The notes: generated from the letters alone by a model not told the origin. Positions 26,014 through 35,791 are shown, counted from the first letter of the stretch. The stretch: 64,000 bases of DNA from Parcubacteria group bacterium Gr01-1014_3 (GCA_007376445.1 VMGF01000001.1:188203-252202), one strand, 5' to 3'. Translations and numbers: made by a program.

Positions 26014-27591
26014 TCACATTTTCTCCGGGGCGGAAATGCCAAGCAAACCAAAAACTTGTTTGAGTACTTTTTCCGTGGCTGCCATAAGAGCCAGGCGGGA
26101 TTGAATTACTTTTCCTTTTTCATCGATCACGCGCTCTTTTTCATAAAAATTGTGCACAGCTCGCGCGATTTCGAGAGCATAGCGAGCCACGCGGCTCACC
26201 TGATAATCGCTGGCGGTCTGCTGGATCATATAGTCATATTTTCCGAGGATCTGAAGCAGTTGCACCTCGGAATCAGCGGAAACATCCGCCAGAGCCGCCA
26301 TTTTCGGCTTCACTCCCGCTTTTTCTAAGATACTCACCGCCCGCACATAGGCGTACTGCGTGTAAAACACCGGATTCTTCGATGACTGCTCTTTCGCCAA
26401 ACCAAGATCGAAATCCATATGCGTATCCGGTGAATGCATCAGGAAAAAGAACCGGGCCACATCTTTGCCGACTTCTTTAATAAGTTCGTCCATCGTCACA
26501 AACTCGCCTTTCCGCTTGGACATCTTCACTTCTTCGCCATTTTCTATCAGGCGAACCAGCTGGGTGATGATTATTTTCAATCTTTCCGGATCCACACCCA
26601 GCGCCTCCACGCCAGACTTCAACCGAGCCACATAGCCATGGTGATCCGCGCCCCAGATGTTGGCGGAGATATCGAATCCGCGTTTTATAAACTTGTCGTA
26701 GTGATAAGCGAGATCGGCTAAGAAATAAGTTGGCTTGCCGTCCGATTTAACTAAGACGCGGTCTTTGTCGTCAGCGATGCCTTCCGTTTTGAGCCAGACG
26801 GCGCCATCGTGTTCGGCCACCAGCTTTTTTGATTTCAAAAATTCCAGAGTTTTTGGGAGTTCTTTTCTCTGATGAAGATTCTTTTGTTCGGAAAACCAAA
26901 CATCAAAGCTGATCCCGGCGTTTTTCACCGATTGTTTAATTTCTTTCAATAATTCCCCCGCCGCCAGCTGGCCGATCTTCAGCGCGTCATCGGTTTTGAT
27001 TTTTGGCTGGATTTTTCGCGCGAGCGTCAGCACATAGGCGCCTTTGTAGTGCTCTTCCTTCGGTTCAGCCTTGCCGATCGCCGCTAAAATACTTTCGCCA
27101 AGCACCCGTACCTGATTGCCAGCGTCATTTATATAGTATTCCCGAGTTACCTTATTACCGACTGCTTCCAAGATATTCGCCAGCGCGTCTCCCAAGAAAC
27201 CGCCACGGCCGTTGGCCATCGTGAGCGGGCCGGTCGGATTGGCGGAGATAAATTCTAAGCAAATTTTTTGCTTACCCTTCGTAGCTTTACGCGAAGAAGG
27301 GAATTTTAAGATGCTTTGCAGTTCCGCGGCGAGCACTTTGGCCGATATCCAGAAATTCACATAACCCGGCGCCACCGCTTCTATTTTTTGAAATATTTTT
27401 TCTTCGTCAGCGGCCCTGATTTTGTCAGCCAGTTTTTTAGCGGCCTCGATCGGCGGAGTTTTCCATTCTTTCGCCAGCAAAAAAGCCGCGCTAGTCGAAT
27501 AATGGCCGTATTCCACGCGGTCGGTCATCATCACCTGGCCCACTTCCCGGCCAAGCGCCTTCGTAACTATGTTCTGGATCTTATTAATCAT
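26014..27591 (-). CDS. argS: arginyl-tRNA synthetase (degenerate HIGH: TMAN)
   Basis: N-terminal Arg-tRNA-synthetase domain, SANPTGPLTMANGRGG, KMSKRKG, DALR anticodon-binding tail FYTQYAYVR. Confidence 0.85.
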   Translation of the reverse strand: MINKIQNIVTKALGREVGQVMMTDRVEYGHYSTSAAFLLAKEWKTPPIEAAKKLADKIRAADEEKIFQKIEAVAPGYVNFWISAKVLAAELQSILKFPSSRKATKGKQKICLEFISANPTGPLTMANGRGGFLGDALANILEAVGNKVTREYYINDAGNQVRVLGESILAAIGKAEPKEEHYKGAYVLTLARKIQPKIKTDDALKIGQLAAGELLKEIKQSVKNAGISFDVWFSEQKNLHQRKELPKTLEFLKSKKLVAEHDGAVWLKTEGIADDKDRVLVKSDGKPTYFLADLAYHYDKFIKRGFDISANIWGADHHGYVARLKSGVEALGVDPERLKIIITQLVRLIENGEEVKMSKRKGEFVTMDELIKEVGKDVARFFFLMHSPDTHMDFDLGLAKEQSSKNPVFYTQYAYVRAVSILEKAGVKPKMAALADVSADSEVQLLQILGKYDYMIQQTASDYQVSRVARYALEIARAVHNFYEKERVIDEKGKVIQSRLALMAATEKVLKQVFGLLGISAPEKM

Positions 27592-27643
27592 GATTTTTAG
27601 CTTTCTTTGGTCTTCGTTGCTCTTAGTGTACTATAATTAACCA

Positions 27644-28087
27644 ATGAGCTTAATAGTAGAAAATAGTAAGGCTTACTTCAACTATGAGATTCTCGAAAAA
27701 TACGAAGCGGGAGTTGAATTGAAGGGGTATGAAGTGAAAGCAGTTAAAGCCGGCCGGGCTCATTTGGCCGGAGCTTTCGCGACCGTCAAAGATAATCAGA
27801 TCTGGCTCACCAACGCCGACATCCAGCCATATCAGCCGAAAAACACCCCCGCCGGCTATGACCATACCCGCCCCCGCCGCCTCCTCTTAAATAGGAAGGA
27901 AATTAACTATCTGATCAGCAAGATGAAGTCCGATAAGTTGACAATAGTGCCTTTAAAGTTGTATAATAAAGGCGGTCGGATCAAGATTGAGCTCGGTTTA
28001 GCTCGCGGCAAGAAGCAATACGAAAAGCGCGAGAAGATCAAAAAACGAGAAGTTCAACGCGAGATCCGGCGCACGTTAAAATCGTAA
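27644..28087 (+). CDS. smpB: SsrA-binding protein SmpB
   Basis: YFNYEILEKYEAGVELKGYEVKA...; Lys/Arg-rich C-tail. Confidence 0.9.
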   Translation: MSLIVENSKAYFNYEILEKYEAGVELKGYEVKAVKAGRAHLAGAFATVKDNQIWLTNADIQPYQPKNTPAGYDHTRPRRLLLNRKEINYLISKMKSDKLTIVPLKLYNKGGRIKIELGLARGKKQYEKREKIKKREVQREIRRTLKS

Positions 28088-28157
28088 CTACGCCAATATA
28101 CTAATCAAGCACTGATATACGAATTCGTATATTCGCGCTATATTCGTATATTAGTGA
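28088..28157. repeat. MITE-like repeat, copy A of a 3-member family (TIR CACTAATATAC / GTATATTRGYG)
   Basis: Reverse-complement similarity to 49234-49325 and 60626-60700; internal ATATACGAATTCGTATAT palindrome. Confidence 0.55.
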
Positions 28158-28165
28158 AGTTTTAG

Positions 28166-28480
28166 GGGGATGAAAGGCCTCGACGAAGACTTTTCTTTAA
28201 TAATCGCAAGCCGAGCTGAACTCGCTCGTAAAACCGGTTCAAAATCTTAATTGCTAACCAAAAATTAGCTTTAGCCTACGCGTAATAGCGTTTGCTCATC
28301 GGCGGCTTGATGTCCTATCGGGTCATCACCGGTGTTATATCTAGGACTTAAGAAATGCTCTCGTGATTCCGGGATCATTTACGAAAACCAATGAATCATT
28401 CGTTCTGATTTATCAGATCTAAGCTTGTAGAAGTTATTACTGAAAATTTTCGGATGTCGGTTCAACTCCGACCATCTCCA
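28166..28480 (+). ncRNA. ssrA: tmRNA (ssrA), tag reading frame (A)NQKLALAYA
   Basis: 5' GGGGAUGAAAGGCCUCGACG and 3' GGAUGUCGGUUCAACUCCGACCAUCUCCA resemble the E. coli tmRNA ends; acceptor GGGGAUG/CAUCUCC; in-frame gct aac caa aaa tta gct tta gcc tac gcg taa; lies immediately after smpB. Confidence 0.75.
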
Positions 28481-28490
28481 CTACTTCGCA

Positions 28491-28530
28491 AAACAAAATT
28501 CCCCCGCTTTGGGGGAATTTTGTTTTGACA
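28491..28530 (+). terminator. hairpin aaaattcccccgctttgggggaatttt + T-run
   Basis: 11-bp stem. Confidence 0.7.
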
Positions 28531-28581
28531 TATTTGTATTTATATGTATAATGATGGCGTACTTTGAAAGGAGGCTACTTT

Positions 28582-28992
28582 ATGGCATGCAATGACAGCG
28601 GGCAGGGCGGACCTGGGAAATGCGAAAAGCGGCATATTAATGAAGCCACGATTGAACAATTGCGCGCCGTGATAAAGAATCGCCTGAAAAGAAAGGTCAA
28701 AAACGAAGAACTTCGCCTCGCAAACGAAGCGAAGGCAATGTTCAAAAAGGGAATTATCGCTGGTTATGTTCAAACCGCCCTCTCTGCCGCAGAAAAGGTT
28801 TCACCTAGACTCGTTATCAACTTCGTGGCTGCCGAAAAGAATCGGACAGAGAGTCTTCAATGGAAGCGTAGTGAGCTTGAAAGCAAGCTGACTAAGTGGT
28901 TGAGCGACTGCGATCCTTTCCCTTTGAAGATGAAATTCAAACTACAGAGAACTCTGGGCCGCTACTTCCTGATCAGCTGGCATCAGCATTAA
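28582..28992 (+). CDS. hypothetical protein
   Basis: ATG after GAAAGGAGG; TTGACA-N16-TATAAT promoter at 28525-28552; 136 aa. Confidence 0.45.
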   Translation: MACNDSGQGGPGKCEKRHINEATIEQLRAVIKNRLKRKVKNEELRLANEAKAMFKKGIIAGYVQTALSAAEKVSPRLVINFVAAEKNRTESLQWKRSELESKLTKWLSDCDPFPLKMKFKLQRTLGRYFLISWHQH

Positions 28993-29060
28993 AAAAATTA
29001 AATCCCCGCTTAACGGCGGGGATTTTGACTTTTCCGGCCTATTCTGTTAAATTTGAAGCT

Positions 29061-29564
29061 ATCGCAAATATCCGAATCAACAATCAAATAACGGCTCCAG
29101 AGGTGCGAGTTACCGACGAAATGGCTCAGTTCATTGGCGTAATGCCGATAGCAGGGGCCTTGAAGCTGGCGAAAGAGAAAGGGATGGATCTCATCGAGAT
29201 CGCTCCCACCGCCAAGCCGCCGGTAGTCCGCGTCATGAGCTTCGATAAATTCCGCTATCAGCAGGAGAAGAAGAGAAAGAAGGAGCGCTCCCAGCAGAAA
29301 GTACAGGAATTGAAGCAGATCCAGATCAGCCCGCGCGAAGCTCTCCACGACCTTCAGGTAAAGATGAAAAAGATCGAGGAATTCCTCGCCGAAGGGCATC
29401 AGATCACGATCATCATGGTTTTGAGGGGCCGGGAAAAGGGAAATAAAGATTACGCGATGGGTAAATTAAAAGATTTCGCGAAGATGATCCCAGTTGAATT
29501 CAAAGTGATCATGGAGCCGAAGATCGGCGGACGCGGCATCGCGATGCTAATAACTAAAAAATAG
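29061..29564 (+). CDS. infC: translation initiation factor IF-3 (non-ATG start; exact start uncertain, 29046-29088)
   Basis: IRINNQITAPEVRV... with IF3 N- and C-domain pattern; a terminator hairpin at 29000-29030 excludes the longer track ORF; no in-frame ATG, consistent with infC's usual AUU/AUC-type start. Confidence 0.75.
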   Translation: MANIRINNQITAPEVRVTDEMAQFIGVMPIAGALKLAKEKGMDLIEIAPTAKPPVVRVMSFDKFRYQQEKKRKKERSQQKVQELKQIQISPREALHDLQVKMKKIEEFLAEGHQITIIMVLRGREKGNKDYAMGKLKDFAKMIPVEFKVIMEPKIGGRGIAMLITKK

Positions 29565-29597
29565 TTCGATAAACTCACTATAAATAAAAAAAATAAA

Positions 29598-29774
29598 ATG
29601 GCAAAAAAATCAGTTACAACTCGAATCAGAATCACCCGAACCGGCAAAATGATCCGGCGTAGAATGGGCGCTAATCACTTCCTCGCCAAAAAGACGGGGA
29701 AGCAGATCAGCAATAAAAAGAACCAAGCCGTCATCGCGGCGGTAGATCTCCGCGCCTTGCAAAGATACCGGTAA
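29598..29774 (+). CDS. rpmI: ribosomal protein L35
   Basis: MAKKSVTTRIRITRTGKMIRRRMGANHFLAKKTGKQ...; 58 aa; missing from the ORF track because under 60 aa. Confidence 0.85.
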   Translation: MAKKSVTTRIRITRTGKMIRRRMGANHFLAKKTGKQISNKKNQAVIAAVDLRALQRYR

Positions 29775-29799
29775 ACGAGTACAATATCTCAATTAACCA

Positions 29800-30144
29800 A
29801 TGACCAGAGTCAAACGAGGCGTAGTTGCCCACAAAAAAAGAGAGCGCCGGTTGAAAGCCACTAAAGGCTATCGCTGGGGCCGCAGCACCAAAGAGAAGGC
29901 CGCTAAAGAAGCGCTTACTCATGCTTATACCCACATGTTCCGTGGCCGCAAGGAAAGGAAGCGTGATTTCCGCGCCCTTTGGAATGTGAAGATCAACGCG
30001 GCTATCCGCCCGCTCGGCATGAACTACAATCAGTTCATCTCCGCTCTCAAAAAGAAGAGCATTAAGTTAGATCGTAAGATATTGGCCCATATGGCCGAGT
30101 TCGAACCAAAAGTCTTCGGCAAAGTAGTGGAAGCAGTGAAATAG
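29800..30144 (+). CDS. rplT: ribosomal protein L20
   Basis: MTRVKRGVVAHKKRERRLKATKGYRWGRS... Confidence 0.9.
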   Translation: MTRVKRGVVAHKKRERRLKATKGYRWGRSTKEKAAKEALTHAYTHMFRGRKERKRDFRALWNVKINAAIRPLGMNYNQFISALKKKSIKLDRKILAHMAEFEPKVFGKVVEAVK

Positions 30145-30162
30145 TTCGGCAAAGCTCACTAC

Positions 30163-30200
30163 AAGTAAAAAACCCCGACTTATGTCGGGGTTTTGGTTTT
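30163..30200. terminator. bidirectional hairpin aaaaccccgacttatgtcggggtttt
   Basis: 8-bp stem. Confidence 0.65.
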
Positions 30201-30602
30201 CGGCCAAGGCCAGAGCACTTCTCCGGTCTCGAGGTCCTTCACTTCGGCCAGCAGTCCCATTTGACCTTCCGGGTCAACGGAGAATATCAGACGCTCCCAC
30301 CAGTTATCATCGCTCTTGTTATGCTCCGGTGGCGGACTGAACATAACGATCGTCTCGGCATGCTCATCCTTAATCTCCTCCTTCTTATAAAGCGTCCAGC
30401 CATCCTTAAGAACAATCACCCGCTTGTCAGCGTCATAAAAATCCAGCTTTTTTAACTGGATGGAATCCTTTCGGCCATCTCGCCGTTCGTACTTAAACTC
30501 AATGCCGGTATTGGGCGGACGAGTGACGTCTTCCTGGATCGAATAAAATTCAAAGGGCACATTGAACCGAAGCTGGTACTTGGCCATTCGGCGCCTCCTC
30601 AA
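30180..30602 (-). CDS. hypothetical protein (140 aa)
   Basis: ORF with coding-like composition. Confidence 0.4.
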   Translation of the reverse strand: MRRRRMAKYQLRFNVPFEFYSIQEDVTRPPNTGIEFKYERRDGRKDSIQLKKLDFYDADKRVIVLKDGWTLYKKEEIKDEHAETIVMFSPPPEHNKSDDNWWERLIFSVDPEGQMGLLAEVKDLETGEVLWPWPKTKTPT

Positions 30603-30658
30603 AGAACGACAACATTATACAACACAATAAATAAAAGTACAAATTCGAAACCGGAATC

Positions 30659-31135
30659 TTAAACCGTTGGGGCTTTTGGCGCTGGCTTTGGGGCGCGGTT
30701 CGGAGCCGCTGGGCCACGATGTAAAAAGTCGTAAACATTCTGGAGAATTTTTATATTTTCTTTATATTTGATCATCAGTTTTTTCGCGTCGTTGAATGAG
30801 AACCAGCCATAGCCCTCATGTTCGTGAGATACGGTGATCTGCGGCTGGCGGGTTTCCGCTAAATATAAAATGACAATTTTTAAAACTTTTTCTTTACCGC
30901 GCGTGAGGAAAAACCGCTCATAAGTTTTAAAGTTCTCGATGAATTTGAGCTCGCTGGATTTTAAGCCAGTCTCTTCCCGGACTTCCCGTAAAGCCGTCTG
31001 CCAGCTCCGCTCGGACATTTCCATTTTGCCTTTGGCGAAATTCCAATATCCATGGCCGTGATAAAGCAACAAAAACTTCGGCCCCTCTGGGGTCTTACGA
31101 AAGATGATTATTCCTGCTGAAATGATTTTTGGCAT
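30659..31135 (-). CDS. NUDIX hydrolase
   Basis: Nudix box GKMEMSERSWQTALREVREETGL. Confidence 0.7.
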   Translation of the reverse strand: MPKIISAGIIIFRKTPEGPKFLLLYHGHGYWNFAKGKMEMSERSWQTALREVREETGLKSSELKFIENFKTYERFFLTRGKEKVLKIVILYLAETRQPQITVSHEHEGYGWFSFNDAKKLMIKYKENIKILQNVYDFLHRGPAAPNRAPKPAPKAPTV

Positions 31136-31163
31136 ATTATTTTAGAATTTTACCACGGAATGA

Positions 31164-31192
31164 ATCACCCCGCTATTTACGGGGTGATGTTA
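31164..31192. terminator. hairpin atcaccccgctatttacggggtgat
   Basis: 9-bp stem. Confidence 0.5.
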
Positions 31193-31354
31193 TTCCTCTA
31201 CGTTTTTCTTATTTCGGCGCATCCACAAAGCCAACACGACATACACAACCACTCCGAATATCGCCAAGCCGCCGATCTTATAACAACCAATTGAGAACAT
31301 AAACGACGCAAATATCATTACTACCGAAAGGATGATCGCCTCTATCATGCCCAT
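31193..31354 (-). CDS. possible small two-TM membrane peptide (~53 aa)
   Basis: MGMIEAIILSVVMIFASFMFSIGCYKIGGLAIFGVVVYVVLALWMRRNKKNVEE; not in the ORF track. Confidence 0.25.
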
Positions 31355-31425
31355 TTGCTCGTCCTCAAAGTACGCTCATATCATACCAGGTTTTTTCAGA
31401 AAATAAAAGACCCCGTTTATAGGGG

Positions 31426-31833
31426 TCATAGGTCGTCGGATATCATTAAATCGGCGCCACAGCCGCACTTCACCATCTGGATCTGCCCAATGCTGGTGTT
31501 GGTAAAAGTGAATGTAAACGCGCCGCCGATCGCTCCCTGATACTTTCCACGATTCTTACAGGGATGCTCGTCCTGCCACTTACGGACTTTTTGCATATCA
31601 AGATTGTCTATAAGGAACATTGTCCCTATAAATGAAGAGTTGTCTTTGGTGTCTATAATTTCATACGCTCGCAAAGTTACACCTAGAGCATGCGCCCAAT
31701 GCTGAAATCCTTTAAATTGCTTTTCGTATTTCGTAATCAGTGGCTCCCCGACTTTCCAGCCTTTTTCCTGAATAGTTAATCCATATTCTAAAAGCGCCTT
31801 CATCATGGCTTCATCCATAGACTCTCCTTTCAA
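31426..31833 (-). CDS. hypothetical protein (135 aa)
   Basis: ORF only. Confidence 0.4.
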   Translation of the reverse strand: MKGESMDEAMMKALLEYGLTIQEKGWKVGEPLITKYEKQFKGFQHWAHALGVTLRAYEIIDTKDNSSFIGTMFLIDNLDMQKVRKWQDEHPCKNRGKYQGAIGGAFTFTFTNTSIGQIQMVKCGCGADLMISDDL

Positions 31834-31852
31834 TGAGCGTTCCTAGAATATA

Positions 31853-33610
31853 CTACTTTTTCAAGAAACTCAACATCTTCTCTACTGGCCAGGCATTGAT
31901 GATGTCTTTTTTCTCCGCCCAGCCGCGGCGAGCCTGGGCGATGCCATATTCGATAGAAGAGAAATGATTAGCGGTATGCGAATCGGAATCGATCGCCATC
32001 TTCACTCCGGCTTCCACGCATTTCTTGATATATTCGTCTTTAAGATCAGCCCGCTCCGAGGCGTTGATCTCTAGTATAGTACCCGTTTCTTTAGCGACTT
32101 TAATGATCTCATCCATATCTACCGCGTAAGGTTCGCGGCGCTGGAGGATGCGGCCAGTCGGATGGAAAAGAATATCCACGTTCGGATTCCGCATCGCCCG
32201 GACAATACGCGCGGTCTGTTCTTTTTGCGGGAGATTAAAGAGCGAATGTACTGACGCGCCAACCACATCCAACTTCGACAAAATCGAATCCGGCAGATCC
32301 ATTGAGCCGTCCTTCAAAATATCGCATTCACTACCCTTCAAAATTCTTAGTTTTAAGTTTTTAGTTTTTAGTTTTAAGTTTAATGCGTCGATCTCTGCCA
32401 TTTGCTTCAGGATCCGTTTTTCATCCAAGCCATTGGTCATCGCTAGTCGCTTAGTGTGATCCGTAATGGCGATATATTCCAAGCCATCCTTAATTGCCGC
32501 TTCCGCCATCTCTTCGATCGAATTTTCGCCATCGGTCCAGTTGGTCTGAATTTGAAGGTCGCCTTTTATCTCGCCGTATTTGATAAGTTTCGGCAGTCCG
32601 TTGGGTTTACCCTGAGCTTGTCGAAGGGAGGCCTCAATCTCACCCGTCATCTCCCGCATCTCCGGTTCGATATAGTCCATTCCCAACGCCTCATAGATCT
32701 CCTCTTCGGTCTTTCCGGCTATCAGCTTCCCTCGCTTCTCGGCGGTGCCTTTAAAAAGGCCGTATTCGCTCAGAGTTAAGCCTTTTTTGATGGCGATCTG
32801 CCGGAGCGCGACATTGTGGGTTTTAGAACCGGTAAAATAATTTAAAGCTGCTCCATAGGACTCCTCAGGCAAAACCCGCAGATCGGCATTCATGCCATTT
32901 CTTAATTTAACTGACGATTTGGTATCTCCATGCGCTAAAACCTTCAAAACTTCCGGCATCGCCACAAAATAATCCATGATTTCCTTGGGCTTGTCAGAAA
33001 TCACTAAAAAATCAGCGTCGCCAATAGTTTCTTTGCGCCGGCGCGTCGATCCCGCCACCTCAACTCGTTTCACATTATTTAAACCTCTTAGTCGATTCTG
33101 TATTTGTCGGATTCCCGGCATTACGGAACCGATCAAAAATCTCCCGCCGAAGCTTTTAGCAAATCCAATACCCTTTAATATATTTTCCTCGCTCTTCGGA
33201 CCGAAACCGGCTAACTTGCCGATCTTTCCAGCTTTCGCCGCCTTTTCCAGGTCAGCCATATCTTTGATGCCAAGTTTTTGATAAAGCTTTTTAATCCCCT
33301 TTGGTCCAAGTCCTTCTATTTTGGAAAGTTCCGATAAATTAACCGGAGTTTTCTTTTTAAGCTGGTCATAATATTTCAGCTTGCCAGTTTTTAAAAGCTC
33401 TTCGATCTTTTCCGCGATCGACAAACCGACACCCTGAATCTCTTCCACGGCTTTCAGTCCGCCTTTTTTGTAAATTTCCAAAACCGGCTCTTCCAAAGAC
33501 TCGATCACTTGAGCGACTTTCTCATAAGCGCGCGGCTTAAAAGGCACCTCTTGCATCTCTAAGTACTCGCCAACTTCGTATAGAATTTTGGCAATCGAAT
33601 TATTATCCAT
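31853..33610 (-). CDS. polX: family X DNA polymerase with C-terminal PHP domain
   Basis: Pol-beta-like N-terminus with HhH, nucleotidyltransferase motif, C-terminal ITDHT...PHP pattern; contains an in-frame AAGTTTT-repeat insert. Confidence 0.8.
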   Translation of the reverse strand: MDNNSIAKILYEVGEYLEMQEVPFKPRAYEKVAQVIESLEEPVLEIYKKGGLKAVEEIQGVGLSIAEKIEELLKTGKLKYYDQLKKKTPVNLSELSKIEGLGPKGIKKLYQKLGIKDMADLEKAAKAGKIGKLAGFGPKSEENILKGIGFAKSFGGRFLIGSVMPGIRQIQNRLRGLNNVKRVEVAGSTRRRKETIGDADFLVISDKPKEIMDYFVAMPEVLKVLAHGDTKSSVKLRNGMNADLRVLPEESYGAALNYFTGSKTHNVALRQIAIKKGLTLSEYGLFKGTAEKRGKLIAGKTEEEIYEALGMDYIEPEMREMTGEIEASLRQAQGKPNGLPKLIKYGEIKGDLQIQTNWTDGENSIEEMAEAAIKDGLEYIAITDHTKRLAMTNGLDEKRILKQMAEIDALNLKLKTKNLKLRILKGSECDILKDGSMDLPDSILSKLDVVGASVHSLFNLPQKEQTARIVRAMRNPNVDILFHPTGRILQRREPYAVDMDEIIKVAKETGTILEINASERADLKDEYIKKCVEAGVKMAIDSDSHTANHFSSIEYGIAQARRGWAEKKDIINAWPVEKMLSFLKK

Positions 33611-33623
33611 GGCTTCAAATATT

Positions 33624-34277
33624 CTAGTTTCTAGATTCTATTTTCCCCTTATCCGGAAAAACTTTTTCCAGATGATTTTTGGCAAGCAGTTTTTTACGAA
33701 TACCAAGCAATAAGAAGGCCGACAAGAACGCGAAGGCCGAAGCGCCTATAAACAAGAGGTCGAAGCCGTAGCTATCGGCGATATAACCGCCCAAAGCGGT
33801 CGCGGCGGCGGCGGAAAGGCCGACGGCAAAGACGCTATCCAAACTCCACTCATAGCTCACCCGCCACTTATCCACGTGCCGGGTAAAGATCCCGTACCAG
33901 GCCGGAACGGCCCAGGCCATACAAAAACCAAACCAAGCATTGATCGCGTAAAGATGCCACGGCTCAGTAGCGAAAAGATAACCGAGTGGCGCGAAGCCGG
34001 CGAAGAAATATCCGGCCACCATCGCCCAAAAATCATCTTTTTCACCATCAGTCTTATCCAAAAACTTGGCGATCGGGAGCTGAATCACCGACTTGGTCAA
34101 CCAATAAAAGGCTGTAGCGAAGCCAACCACCTTAGCGGACCCACCAGTGATAGAATTGGTTATAAAAATAGCCAAAACCGGCGCGAATGAGGCAAAGGCG
34201 AAGTTAAAAAAGAAATCCGCGATCACCAGCAGGCGCACTACCTTATTAATGTGAAAATCAATTTTGAAAAAATCCAT
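33624..34277 (-). CDS. hypothetical six-TM membrane protein
   Basis: 217-aa hydrophobic ORF. Confidence 0.4.
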   Translation of the reverse strand: MDFFKIDFHINKVVRLLVIADFFFNFAFASFAPVLAIFITNSITGGSAKVVGFATAFYWLTKSVIQLPIAKFLDKTDGEKDDFWAMVAGYFFAGFAPLGYLFATEPWHLYAINAWFGFCMAWAVPAWYGIFTRHVDKWRVSYEWSLDSVFAVGLSAAAATALGGYIADSYGFDLLFIGASAFAFLSAFLLLGIRKKLLAKNHLEKVFPDKGKIESRN

Positions 34278-34290
34278 ATGTTCATTATAC

Positions 34291-34878
34291 CTAAAAAGTG
34301 GGTTTCCCGTCTTTCTTTAACAATTCATCAGCTTTTTCGACTATTTTCGGTAAACGCTTCAGGCTCTGCTTAAAAAGATTCAAAGTTTCCGTGGATCGAA
34401 GCGCGGCGGCAGGATGAAAGGCGGGCACAAGCAATCTTTTCTTGCCTATGAACACTTTACCCTGATCCCGAGTGATCTTGGCCTCCGGGAGGAAGTAATT
34501 AAGCGAAAACCTGCCGAGTGTAACAATAATTTTTGGATCTATGATGTCTATTTGCCTGGTCAGATATGGTTTGTAGGCCGCGATCTCATCGGGCAAAGGA
34601 TCCCGGTTATCTGGTGGTCGGCGCTTCACGATATTGGTTATATAAACGTCTTCGCGCTTGATACCAACCTCGCCCAGGGTCTTTGTAAGAAGTTGGCCGG
34701 AGCGGCCCACGAATGGACGCTTAAGTTCATCCTCGGTTTTTCCCGGCGCTTCACCGATGAATAAAATATCGCAATCAATATTGCCTTCACCGAAAACTAG
34801 ATTGGATTCCTGAAGCGGCAAGGCTTTGTCGGCTAAAATTTCTGCCTCCAGTTCTTTTAGTTTCTCCGCCTTGAGCAT
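34291..34878 (-). CDS. uracil-DNA glycosylase, family 4
   Basis: GEAPG motif in DILFIGEAPGKTEDELKRPFVGRSGQLL. Confidence 0.8.
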   Translation of the reverse strand: MLKAEKLKELEAEILADKALPLQESNLVFGEGNIDCDILFIGEAPGKTEDELKRPFVGRSGQLLTKTLGEVGIKREDVYITNIVKRRPPDNRDPLPDEIAAYKPYLTRQIDIIDPKIIVTLGRFSLNYFLPEAKITRDQGKVFIGKKRLLVPAFHPAAALRSTETLNLFKQSLKRLPKIVEKADELLKKDGKPTF

Positions 34879-35026
34879 GCACTGATTATATCTTTTAAAT
34901 TTTCAATTCTCAATTTTGCAATTTTCAGTCAATTTTCAATGAATGAAAGGTCAATTCACTTAAATTAAGCTTATTAAACCTTGAATGAAAATTGGTATTT
35001 GGAAATTGATAATTAAAAACCCGCCA

Positions 35027-35662
35027 TTAGGCGGGGTTAATTTCCTTCTTGGTAAAAATCTTATACAGAAGCCGAAGCGACCAGACGGTCATAGCGGCCG
35101 CGATTACTAGAGAAATGATCGAATCGATGATGGGCTGGTTGAAGATCAGGATCAAGAAAGCTCCCAGGATCACCGCGCAGCTCTGCCAAAGATCGGAGAG
35201 GATATGGAGATGGAGAGCGTCATGTCCTTCATGCTCTGATTCGCTCGACTCCAGAATTTGAGCCTGCCAATAATTCCCGACAGCTCCAATGATCGCCACG
35301 ATGATCAGCGGTAATGGAATAACTTGGCGGGGCGATTCAATGCGCTCAATCGCTTCCAGCACCAGAAAAACCACGATACCGAGGATCAAGATAGCATTCA
35401 CGAAAGCGCCCAGTTTTCTCGCGAAGTTTCTCCGTCCCGGCTTCTTATTGCCAATATGTTCAGCAATGATAGCCACGCTGATCGCGCCAGCATCGGTCAA
35501 TACGTGAACGGCATCAGAAAGTAACGCTAAGCTATTGGAAACAATGGCTCCTAAAATCTCTATCAGAATTATAACGCTGGCTATGGCCAAGATCAGCCAA
35601 TAACGCTTGATATCGCATCTGCAGGGATCCCGAAGACAGCTCCGGAAGTGAGTATCCAACAA
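35027..35662 (-). CDS. cation diffusion facilitator (short, TM domain only)
   Basis: HVLTDAGAI and HxxxD-type TM motifs; 211 aa with no cytoplasmic C-domain. Confidence 0.55.
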   Translation of the reverse strand: MLDTHFRSCLRDPCRCDIKRYWLILAIASVIILIEILGAIVSNSLALLSDAVHVLTDAGAISVAIIAEHIGNKKPGRRNFARKLGAFVNAILILGIVVFLVLEAIERIESPRQVIPLPLIIVAIIGAVGNYWQAQILESSESEHEGHDALHLHILSDLWQSCAVILGAFLILIFNQPIIDSIISLVIAAAMTVWSLRLLYKIFTKKEINPA

Positions 35663-35720
35663 TCACCTCTATTTAAAGAATCTGGCCTCACTCTAACAAA
35701 TTGAAGGAAAAAATAAAGTG

Positions 35721-35791
35721 TGCGCCCGCGAGGAATTGAACCTCGGCCTCATCCTTCGGAGGGATGCGTTATTCCGCTTAACTACGGGCGC
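35721..35791 (-). tRNA. tRNA-Arg (anticodon CCG)
   Basis: Reverse complement folds: acceptor GCGCCCG/CGGGCGC, anticodon stem CATCC/GGATG with loop CTCCGAA, T-arm GAGGTTCAATTCCTC, discriminator A. Confidence 0.85.

Noticed and set aside
28896-29060. Long N-terminal extension of the infC ORF starting at the ATG at 28896
   Set aside because: It overlaps the upstream gene and contains a rho-independent terminator hairpin at 29000-29030. The IF3 homology begins near IRINNQ.
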